The position numbers and the translations under genes were made by a program. A stretch of 64,000 bases of DNA from Callorhinchus milii (Eukaryota), in assembly GCF_018977255.1 (NCBI RefSeq), contig NW_024704743.1, positions 16,928,001 through 16,992,000 of the forward strand. Reading direction: 5' to 3'. This document shows positions 24,901-36,900 of the stretch, in pieces. The notes under the pieces were generated by a model. That model saw only the letters and a list, made by a program, of their open reading frames with translations, searched no databases and was not told the origin of the DNA. Position 1 is the first letter of the stretch. Each line of letters begins with the position of its first letter.

Positions 24901-27900
24901 TTCCACCATTCTGGCAGTCACATGCACATGTCATATCCTAAACTATGCACTATATTCCATGATATTATTCCTGACAATATAATTCTGTGTTGTTCTATGA
25001 TATAATCATAGTCGATCAGTAGAATCTGCACCCCAGAATTGAATTGTCGCCCACAGACTGTGTGAAGGGTCTTAAAGGCAGAGTTGAAGGTTTCAGTAAG
25101 GCATGGAAAATGCCCTCTCTGTGGCTTATTTACAGGATACTGATCTGGCTCAGATTGAGTTAGATCCTTTTCAATACTAGAAAATAACCCTACTAGCCAT
25201 CAATCCAAGATGACAGTATCCAGGACTTTTCAAGGCAGGTTTACAGAATACAATTACTCAGACTTCAGGGGTGGGATATTTTAACTTTAATTTGTTTATG
25301 AATACAACAATTTTGACCCCATAAAGTACTTTAAAATTTCCTTGTGTCCAATTATTTTTCTAATTTCTCCCCACTGGCATAAGCCTCTCTGTTGCAGCTC
25401 TGGCCTCCTCTTGCTTTGGTGCAGTTCCACAGGGACTGGTTGTCCTCTGGTACCCAGCCAAACTGGCCATGTGTGAGTGATGGCAGAGTGTCAGCAGGCC
25501 ACTCAACTGTAGAGGGCAGTAATAGGAGGGCATGGATCACACCCAGTAAACAAACTTACACCAAGGGTTTTAACAATGAAATGATTAGCTTTTTACAGCC
25601 ATCTTCTCCAGACTCCCCAACCTCCTTCTAGCACCCAGCTAATATATTGGTGCTGACTCATTAACCAGTTGCTGGTGCCCAATTAGCACTCAGGGCTGGA
25701 ACTTCAAACACGCCTGATTGAAGTCCAGTCCTAGTAAGCCACCTTGACTAAGGCACCTTTTTAAAACAAGTCAAAAAAAGACACACTCCTTTACATATGG
25801 AAAGCACTGATAGGGTTTATCCCCCTGTCACACATAGCCGAAACAAGCCTGACCTGCCACCACTTGAGAGACAGAGCACAAAGGGAGAGGGACCAGGAGC
25901 AGGAACCAACTAGTTTTCCCCTCCCTAACCTCCCATGGCAGCCGAGGCTGAAATCTATTTTAAATGTTTGACGAGGTTTGTAATTACAAAGTCTTATCTA
26001 CACTGAACTACAGAAGCCTAATAAATAAATACATCACTGTGTCTGTAGCAAAGCATTTTGTATGTTGGCACAGTACTGGTTGTTCCTGTCAGTGCATAGT
26101 TTGTTTTGATTCTCCAAATACTAAAATTTTAAATCCAGCAGTGTCCTCCCCACAAGGTTTTTCATCAGCTATGTCCCTGAGTAGATTGGAAATGTGGGGC
26201 AAGTCAAGTATCCGTTCAGCACTTGAACCGTGTTTCTCTTTACTTTCAGGGTGCTAAAGGTGATGCAGGTCCTTCTGGTGAAAAGGTAAGTCCAAGGCAC
26301 CTGGTTATTTGGGTACTAAACTCTCCTTATGTGCTTATTTTCTCATCACTATAAATCCCTCAGCTCCACCTGGCGCTCAGAGAATCAAGAGGATTCAATG
26401 CTAATCTGTAATCATTCTTTAATGCGAGGCCTAGTCAGAATCACCAACCTGCCACCTGGAGTAATTAATGTCAGAATAATAATAATAATCCTTGCATTTG
26501 ATCGCTTTTCACGTCGGGAGGACGTCCCAAAGCGCTTCACAGAACACACTGTAAAGTGAATTGACTGTATATTTGTGGGCGAACGCGGCAGCCAATTGCG
26601 CACAGCAATGTCCCACAAATAGTCGTGGGTTGAAAATGACCAATTTATTATTGTTTTTGGTTTTTTAGAGGGATTATTATTAGGCGTGTGGAGTAAGGAA
26701 ACTTGCCCAAGGTTTTGCCCTGCCTGGAATTGAACTCGGGTCTCTCGCTTGCAAAGCGAGTGCTCTAACCACTGATCTATAGGACTCCACATCTAAAACC
26801 TATGGGATTAAATCTCCTGTCTGTTGTGATGCTACAGTGCAACTGTGCCTGTGGATCTCTTGCATTCAGCTTTCTTGCTGTGGCTGTTTCAACCTTTTCC
26901 TGGAGCACATAATGGGTAGTCACTAAAGAGAGGCTGTAAGCGTGTGAAATGGAAGAACATTTATTTATGCTGGTGCAGTACAGGTAGGTGCCTGCTGTCG
27001 AAGTTGAAGCACATTGTTAGAATTTTGTGGGAGGAGGTTGACTGTGCACCTCTCAGTGATAAATGTGACCACACCAACACTGGGCCTGTTAAGTTCCTTT
27101 AACAAGCACTTCCTTTTCCTGGCAAGCACAACACGTCACAAATTTATAGTAGTTCCACCATTCAACTGAGAATACATTGTCAGAGATTTGATGCTGAGAG
27201 AGGCAAGAAAAACTCGAACAAGGGTAAAAAGGCAAAAAGAAAAAGATCTGTAAGTCGGTGTTTTTCTGCCTGAAAGGACCCTGACCGTTTGCACGATGAC
27301 AATCCTGAGGACAAGGCAGGAAGCCATTGACCTCCTAAAAGTGAAGTGATGCTGAGTGCAGTGCAGAATTATTGTCAATATTCACAAACCCAATTCATTA
27401 TGTTAATTGCAGTCTCCACTTTGAGGGAATGCCCAACTCCATTTGACTTGCGAGATTCATGATATGGGTACCTGGAAATCCAGAATGTCAGATTAAAAAG
27501 CAAGTAAGGTGACCCAGATTTGCTCCTGGCTGTTTTACAAATCTCATAAATCATGGACAGCTGCTAACTAGAAGCCACAATTTCTCTCAATGTGTGAAAA
27601 CATGAATGAGAACCACCCCTATTCCCACCCATTCAAAACTCTTATCTCAGCTCTTATGCTGGCATCCTGTTCAGACTGCAGGAGTAACCCATGCAATGCA
27701 ATTCACATTTCTATAGAACCTTTCACAATGGAATGGCTTCTCAAAGAGTGTCACACAACTTGACTGGGAGCTGAAGTCATTGTCTTATGACCAATGCTAA
27801 GATGTTTGTCTCATTTGTTTCCAAGGGAGCTTCAGGTTTTCCAGGGCAAGAGGGAGAGATAGGACAAGCTGGGCTACCAGGACCAATGGTTTGTACTTCA

Positions 27901-30900
27901 GATTTTTTTGCTTTGATATTACTCTGCTGATGGAGAGTGCTAGGTATTCAAATTATGATCACAGATTGAGCAGTGAGGTTAAGTGACAGCCTCCATCGGA
28001 GGCTCTGCCTTCGTGATAGAAACGTTAAACGAGTGTTAATGAAGCAATAGCACTGCCTGCTCTGGTCAGATGTATAATCACGTGCGTCACCCTCCTGTCT
28101 CTGGAGACAGCAGTGAGGAGATAGCAGTGTTGCCAATGGCAGGAGAAGGCACCATTAGACTCTACCTAGGGTCTGAAACACAACCATTCTAAAGGAGATT
28201 TCTTAAATGAGGAAGGCGAGTGGTGACTTCTGGTTACCAGAGGTACGTGACAGTGCAGGAACTCTGCGCGGGGGGTAGCCCGGCGCGGAGGTGGGGGCAG
28301 CCTCATGTCCAGGCAGTGGAGTTTTTATTAAGCCACGTGAACCTTCAGAGCAGAGTTCCCGCACTGTCACTCGACGTCCATCTGCTTACCAGAAGAAGTC
28401 ACCATTCATATTCCTCGCTTAAGAAATCCCCTTTAGAATGGCTGTGTTACAGACCCGAGATAGAATTTAAATAATGCCATAAATGCCAAATGAAATCATA
28501 TCAATCCTCATCTGTGGTTTTTGTGGTTTAATGGGTTAAATGACTTTGTTTAACAGGTTCATTCCTCCCATTGCCCTTTGATATTGCAGCACTTACCCAA
28601 CATTTGCTCTGGTCAGCTATTATTTGCTATCTGATCTTGGCCTGATCTGATTGCCACAACATACAACAGGGTTAAGTGTGCAAAGCAAGCAGAATCACAT
28701 TGGGACACTTGAAAAACATGTGGATCACACATTGTTAGAAAGTCAAACAAATCGTACAATATGGGTCAAATGTGTTATCTTAGGAGAATTGCCGGATCAG
28801 CATAAAGCTAATTCAAACAACAGCTGAAACATAGTCCAGGGGCCAAAGAAGATTCAGTGAAAGTTTGCTTTAATATTTTGCTTACAACAGCATTATGTAC
28901 AACGCAGTGGAGACAGTAGGCTCTTTGATTTAAGTTTAGTGTCTCTCAGTAGGAATGATGAAAAGACAATTCATGTACTGCAGACTGGCACCAGACAGAG
29001 ATACCAGGGGGCTGGCACCAGAGAGAGAGAGAGCAGGGACTGGCACCAGAGAGAGAGAGAGAGCAGGGACTGGCACCAGAGAGAGGGAGAGCAGGGACTG
29101 GAACCAGAGAGAGGGAGAGCAGGGACTGGCACCAGAGCGAGGGAGAGCAGGGACTGGCACCAGACAGAGATACCGGGAGGCTGGCACCAGAGAGAGAGCA
29201 GGGACTGGCACCAGAGAGAGGGAGAGCAGGGACTGGCACCAGAGAGAGGGAGAGCAGGGACTGGCACCAGAGCGAGGGCGAGCAGGGACTGGCACCAGAC
29301 AGAGATACCGGGGGGCTGGCACCAGAGAGAGAGCAGGGACTGGCACCAGAGAGAGGGAGAGCAGGGACTGGCACCAGAGTGAGGGAGAGCAGGGACTGGC
29401 ACCAGAGTGAGGGAGACCAGGGACTGGCACCAGAGCAAGGGAGACCAGGAACTGGCACCAGAACAAGGGAGACCAGGGACTGGCAGCAGAGCGAGCGAGA
29501 GACCAGCGACTGGCAGCAGAGAGAGTGAGAGACCAGCGACTGGCAGCAGAGAGAGCAAGAGACCAGCGACTGGCAGCAGAGAGAGCGAGAGACCAGCGAC
29601 TGGCAGCAGAGAGAGCGAGAGACCAGCGACTGGCAGCAGAGAGAGTGAGAGACCAGCGACTGGCAGCAGAGAGAGCAAGAGACCAGCGACTGGCAGCACA
29701 GAGAGAGAGAGACCAGCGACTGGCAGCACAGAGAGAGAGAGACCAGCGACTGGCAGCACAGAGAGAGAGAGAGACCAGCGACTGGCAGCAGAGAGAGCGA
29801 GAGACCAGCGACTGGCAGCAGAGAGAGCGAGAGACCAGCGACTGGCAACAGAGAGAGAGGGAGACCAGGGGCTGGCACGAGAGAGAGAGGGAGACCAGAT
29901 GCTGGCACCAGAGAGAGGAAGACCAGATCCTGGCACCAGGGAAACAAGGACAGGCACTAAAAAGAAACCGATTAATTTTATATAAAACACATCACCCACT
30001 TTATACATAATTAGAGTTCAGCCCCTGCTTTATACACTTGAAAAGGTAGAGGGAATCATTTTCCAGTTGCCAGTAGAATGTAGTGAATAGAGAAACAGAA
30101 TTGCTGTGGTATGAACATTGCGTGTCAGGGATGTTGAACACAGCACCAAAATAGTGGCCAAGGCAGTAAATCAATGCTTGAACCCAGTTAAGGCAGAGAA
30201 GTCTGTTTGAAGTACTCTGTACAAGATCATGTCAGCGGGGAAGGGTCTTCAGACAGATTATCCGAATTGAACACACGCATCCTTCACCTTGACAATGTGA
30301 TCAATTTAACGGATTAATGGTGGTAATATTAATAATAGGTTCCAGTCCCCACACCATGGAAGTGAATAGCAAGCACAAAATTTACAGAGGCCATTCAAAA
30401 AAAGGTCTATTTTTTTCACAGAAAGTGGAACCTAGAAAATTACCAAGAATTTGATAAAAGAGCTAAACCAGTTCCTTAAATAAACATATTGCTGGAAGCT
30501 TTAGGGGAACTGAGTGGCTAGGGAAATGATGGTCTACTCTTGACTAAAGCCACTGCTGTATTGGAAATAAAGGTTTTATCGTACATTTTTCTCGGTATGT
30601 TTGAAATTCTTAGCTTTCCGTGCTTTAGTTTTGTTTGTTTAAATTGTTTTTAATAAAAACAGGCAGACCTTAGGAACATATTTATTTCCCATTGTAAGCC
30701 ATAGTAATTAATGATCTCTTTTCTGCAGGGACCAAGAGGTGAGAAAGGTGAAGCAGGACTTAAGGTAAGACCTTTGGTGTGTCTGTGAAAGTTCAGAGAT
30801 GTACGTGGACCCCATTCCAGCACTTTTTGATATAGTGGACCTGCACTAAGCTGAAATGGCTCCTGGCATTGACTAGTCAGCGTCCTCTGCTCAAGTCGTA

Positions 30901-33900
30901 GCCAACTTCAGAGTCATCAGGTCGTTGCTGATGTAACTTCCTGCACCCTAATGTTGGCGACCTGATGACTCGCAAGGCTGCCATTTTTTGAACCTTGCTT
31001 TTGACCTGCTCAGACATCGGCCCAGCTCACCTCAATCTAACCTGTAGTTTGTAACGTCCCTTTACTTTTATCTGTCGGATGTCATGTGGCTAGATTCCTA
31101 TTTTTAATAAATGCCACAGGTTTCAAGCTATAGTTTTTTTTTCTAGTTTTATCTTGTTCAACCGTTCTGCCTCTGAGGGGAGATTTATCTTAGGAACGTT
31201 GTCGGTTTCTTCTTAACCTGAATTCAACCTTTCACTTTACGTGTTTGCGCCATTCCAAACTATCCACACTATCGACAGGCAGAGGGTGACACAACACATT
31301 GGTACACTAATACCTCGTGTCACCAGGTGGAAATCCGACACATTCCCTGCAAAGTGAGGTCTTTGGGTAAATTGTACTATCAAGTGAATCTGCCAGGCAG
31401 AGACACAGGGCTTCAATAAAGGGTACATTTCTTATCTTCTTATATAGCTTAGAACACGACATGTCCAGCGACTGCCAGGATGGTGGAAGGCGAACTAGAT
31501 GGACCCTGATCTTCTTTCGTCTAGCAAATTCTTACGTTCTTATGCCTTTTCAGATGGATGTTAAAAGATCCTAAGACACTGTTCAAAAAGAGAAGGGAGT
31601 TTCTCCTGATGTCCTTGCCAACAACACCCCAAATAAAATTGGTCACCCATTTTATGGCTGTTTCTAGGACATTGCTGTACCCAAATTGTGCTGCCTTATT
31701 CACAGTAATATTCACAATACACAGGCTCAGTATTTTACAATGAAGCACTTGACACATCTTCCCAACATGAAAGGCGCTATACCAAATGTAAGGATTGTTA
31801 GTAAATAACTCCATGTCATTCCCGGCACAGGGTGAGCGTGGCCTTGATGGTGTTGGTAACCCAGGACTCCCCGGCCAACCTGGACCTCCGGGCCCCATCG
31901 TATCACTGCAGGACGTAAGTGAAGTGACACTCTAGGAAACGCTGAGTCCTTCTTTCTGAATTCACACAAATCCGTCCATCGCTGCGGGGAAGTTGAAGAA
32001 GCTCCGCTGATGAAGTAGTAACATTACTGCTTGCCTTGCCAGCAAACAGAGGCACCTTGTGATATAAGGTTCCTGCGGGGAACCCCTCATACCATACTCC
32101 GACCCACAAGACCTTGCCTCCATCTGCTAGATAAACAGAGGCATTGGGCAAGTTTTCTCACTCCACAAGCCTCTGTTTACCGAGCAGTAAACAGAAACTC
32201 CGTTGTTAGTTGATTGGCAGGTCACTTTTCCAAGAGTAACAATCCCTTCACAAACAAAATGTGGTCACTCAATCCACAAATGTTTGAAGGACACCGCAGT
32301 GTGCAATTGGCTGCCAAGTTTCGTCCACAAAATATACGGTCAATTCATTTTACAGTATATTCCTTGAAGCTATGTTCCTCGAGATGTCTCACGACGCGGT
32401 AAGGTGCTATACCAAAAGCAAGGATTACTATTATCTTTTTGGATCAGAAGTCTCGCGATTTGGAGCGCCATACGAGACATTCCCTTCAAGCAAACACACT
32501 AAGACACAAAGCAATTTCTCCCTTGGCATGGCACCAGTCAGCATATCTGTCATGGCACCGTTCAGAGCAAGACATGAGTCATGTTGCAACTTTCATCAGC
32601 AATGCTTTTTCAACACCCCAATTGTTTTTCGATAACTAGTTCAAATCCTCCTGTTCCATTTGTTCTTTCAGTTACTGCTGAACGATACTAAAGCATTGTT
32701 CAACTTCAGTGTTCAAGCACTGCCAGGACCACCAGTGAGTACTTATTCCATAAGCTAACTGGCAGATTGGAATACTTTACATCGGTTTGACTTGCGACGC
32801 CTTTGAACACATAATAAGAAGATTGACACAGCTTGTAACTCTGGAAAAAANTACTCTTTTTGCAAAGTTAGCTTGAGTAAATGGCTTTTAATTCTAAAAT
32901 TTAAATGTTAAATTTATCGAATCTGTATTCAAATAAGTACAATGCATAACTAATTTTAAATAGGGGTTTTGTATAATATTTGAGTATAATGTAGGTGTAG
33001 TTAATTTGGAATAGATAACAACACCCTTCAGTTTGAGGTCAGTCAAAACACAATGATTTCATTGTGCCAAAGCAGGGTTAGGAAGGTGCATTTCAGTTTC
33101 ATCATTCCACTAATGAACTTTAACTTGAGCCTCAGTAATGTAGATTCTCTAAATTAAACCATTACTGGACTTGACATTAAATTCCATGCATTATACTCAG
33201 GAATTCTGTGTCTTTGGCAGAACTTCAATCACACTCTCCCTCTTAACCACTAATAGGCACCTCAGTAACTTAATCGGATTTAAGTGCACTCAACAAAGGG
33301 CTTCTTCTCTCCCAGCTCTTTGTTCCTTTTGAGAGGCTGTGCGGGGTCGAGAGTATCTGTCCATCAACACTAAGTTATCTTTCTCAACCAGAGATTCTCG
33401 GAGTGCAAATTGTCTGCAACTCTGGCAGCTTCTGTGTTAGTGCCACAAACGTTGCTTTTTTGTGACGGTTGAGTGTGTAGGAAGAGATTTGCAGGAAAGT
33501 TGTGAATATAGCAAGTTCCCATGTATTGATTTGAAAGCACAGTCAGTCTGCGCTTTCAAATACATGGGAATTACACCAAGCTGTTCCAGTGAGGATACAA
33601 AATTGTTAGTGACTCGGAAACAAAACAGCAGGAAAATAACTGAGTAATTTTCCCACAGCACAAGGTTATATTGTCCAACAGCTGATATAGTAGAAGGTAT
33701 ACAATATGAAGCAATGGTGACCACACTAACCCACAGTAAACTGAAGTGTATGTAGATCAACTTAAACTGAAAGTGTACACTTTGTGTCCTAGAGTGTATG
33801 TCAGTCACCTTGCATTGAAAGTGTACACACCTGGAGTGTAAATATGGTATACTGAAAGCATACAAACATTGTATAGTGGAATAGATTTCTATGTGTATGA

Positions 33901-36900
33901 GTGGCAGATATACTGGAATAGGTACATTTACAATACATATCGGTAGCATATACACCTTAAAATAGGATAGATATACCATATACGGTATATAGGTAACATA
34001 TAGTGGATGAGATATGTACTGTATGTGGATAAAACATATTCTGTATAGATGTGTGGTACAGGTAAAATACATACACTATTTAGTATATGTAGTGTGTGAC
34101 ATTTATGTTCTTGCACGTCACACATACTTGCTCGCATGTTAAGTGTATACTTGCATGTAAAGTGTGTATTTAGTCCCACATAAAATATGTGCTCTTTCAC
34201 ACAGAAAAAGTGTAACACTTGCTCACCCACACAGAAATGTATACTCACGTGCACCTAAAAATCATATAGTCGCTCGCATGTGAAGCATATTTGCTTGCAA
34301 GTAAAGTTTATACTTTAGCACACTTTAAAAAAGTATGCCTGCACACACATTAAAAAGTGTATCTTTTCTGCTCGTAAAGTGAATATTCACTCGCATGTGA
34401 AGTGCACATCAATGCAGCTGATATTTGAACAATAGCATTGACGCCTGTCCAAATGTATTGAATGAAATTGCAACCTGTCTGCCAGCTGTTTTGCATGTTC
34501 TCTTTTGTCTTTGCATCAGGGGCCAGAGGGCATGCCTGGTCATGCTGGATTTCCTGTAAGACTCTTTAATTTTCACTTACTTAGATGTTTCGTTTTCAGT
34601 CATTCGAATCTGAACCACCTTCACTTTGAACATTTGTTAAGCTAGATTTGTTTCTCATTATTGTTGAAGTTAGCTTGTAAATATAACAAGTAAAGTTTGG
34701 ATGTAATATCACATGAATCACTTGTGCACTCTGTTTAACTAAATTGGCTGTTGCATTTGCTCACAAAAATACACAGTCGCACGGCTTCACAGTAGATTTT
34801 GAAATCAGGAAGTATTTTTTCACTCAAAGAATGGTAGTAATTTGGAATTCTCTCCCCCAAAAGGCCGTGGATGCTGGATCCATCCACACCTTCAAGAGTG
34901 AGGTTGATAGATTTTTGGTAGCTCAGGGTATTAAGGGATATGCGGAGAAAGTGGGAAATTGGAATTGAAAGGATTAGTTGAGGTACAGATCAGCCATGAT
35001 CTAATTAAATGGCGGAATGGGCTCGAAGGGCTGATTAACCTACTCCTGTTCCTATGAAGCACTTTAGAATATCCTCCTGACTTTAAAGTCAGGAGGGAAG
35101 GATTATTATTATTAATAATACCAAATAGAGTGATTATTATTATATTAATTAATGATTTTAAATATTTGCAACTTTTTTTTCAAGAAAAATTTGACCGTGT
35201 AGGTGATCAACATCTAAAATTCGCTAATGTCCCTTCCCAATTGAATTGATCCATCTGGAAATGACTCCGCTTCACACAGGAGTCTTCAACTGTGGAGCAG
35301 AGGAATGAAGGAGCTTGCGGAGTCCTGAACTCACTGAGCCGCAACACTAAATGGTTGTTGAAGCCAAATCCATTATAGCATTGATAACAAGTCATGTCCC
35401 CTACCCTGCCCACCATTGGCAGTCAGGATTTCAGCCTTTCTGCCCCCACCATCTGGAACTCCATTTTTACAATATATTCTGTGAAGCTTTGAGATGTCTC
35501 AATGACATGATAGGGCACTATATCAAATGCAAGGATTATTATTATTAAAAAAGGGTATTGGATAAAGACTTACTGAAAAGTAATATTAAAGAAACTGGGA
35601 AATGGGAACTGCACCAATGGAGAAATGCCACCAGCAAAGATATGATGGGCTGACTCAGTGATTCTAATCCTGGAGGAAATGTCTCAGCCACAACATTGTT
35701 TGATGTCATATTTTACATGTGGTGTAGGTATAATTAGTCATTATTTAAACCAATGACAATCCCATGTTAAAAACTTTGTTGTTGTTGCTTAGTAAGATAC
35801 AGGAGGTTGCTGAGCTCACTTACTCTGTGTGAGACCTAATCCTGTTGTTTGCTTTGATCTAATTATTCAGGGCCCACGGGGACCAAAAGGTGATCTGGGT
35901 TTAACAGGTCCACCAGGAGTAAAGGTATGTTCAGTGCAATGTTATTCCCATTGGGAAGCTCCTCTCGACTTATTGAGTAGCAGCAAACATTGTTTTAATT
36001 GTATTTGGTTTATGAGCTGGCACAAGTGAACATGTTGAGATGATCTTAGCATCGTTCTTGACTTGAAACTGGTGCCTGCCCTGCCTCCTGGCATTTTACC
36101 AGGAAAGTTGGTTTGTGGGCTGAATTATTCTTATGAGAAACATGCTGTAGCCTCAGCAGAGGAATGTGCAACTGGTATTTATATGATTGGGCTAATTTGG
36201 AATGCGAGGGATTTAAAAAAAATTCAGAGAGCAAGTTCAGCATCGTGGTTAAGATGAAGCGAAGTTTGTGCACTTGAGTTTGGAGGCTGATTGAGAGTAA
36301 TGATCATCACATAATCATTGGCAGGTTGATGGATGATGTCGGGTGTCGATGTTGACATAGGAACCAGAGCTCAGACCACTTCCTGATCTTTTGGCAAAGT
36401 TTGAGACACCAGAGAATACACAAAATGTTTCTTGCCGGGGAGGATGGGAGGAGGAGGGGGTTTCCTTCCTGTCGAAATCCTTTTTCCCCCAAAAAAACAT
36501 CAGTGGGAAATGTGACGAATTAATGATTTACTAAGGTCAGGCTACTTACTGGTATTTTCTGGTTTCACAATAATGTTTATCACAAACCTATGCTTGAGTC
36601 GATGATTATCTTTGGTTGTTTATATTGCAAAGAATTTCCTAATAGCTTTTGCACACATTAATCTGCCTGCCAGCTGAGGTTCTTCTTAAGCTATTTTGCT
36701 TTTCAGCCTTTCATTGCCATTATATCTTGTCTTTCAATTCTATTTTTACATAGATTTACACAGACTGTACAGTACAGAAACAGGCCATACAGCCCAACTA
36801 GTCAATGCCATTGATTGTACTCCACATCAGTCTCCATTCACTCCTTACTCCCTCGTATACCCTTATATTCCCTTCTCCCTCATGTCTGTATCTAGCTTCC

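Noticed and set aside
28983..29950. CRISPR-like array, or long ORFs (333 aa, 345 aa, [10 protein letters not shown] repeats)
   Set aside because: The spacers are related (GA)n variants rather than unique sequences, there are no cas genes, and this is a vertebrate intron. The ORFs are open on both strands only because the repeat unit lacks stops.
33437..34254. 211-aa and 108-aa Tyr/Ile/His-rich minus-strand ORFs
   Set aside because: They arise from low-complexity TA/CA-rich repeat sequence and show no domain features.
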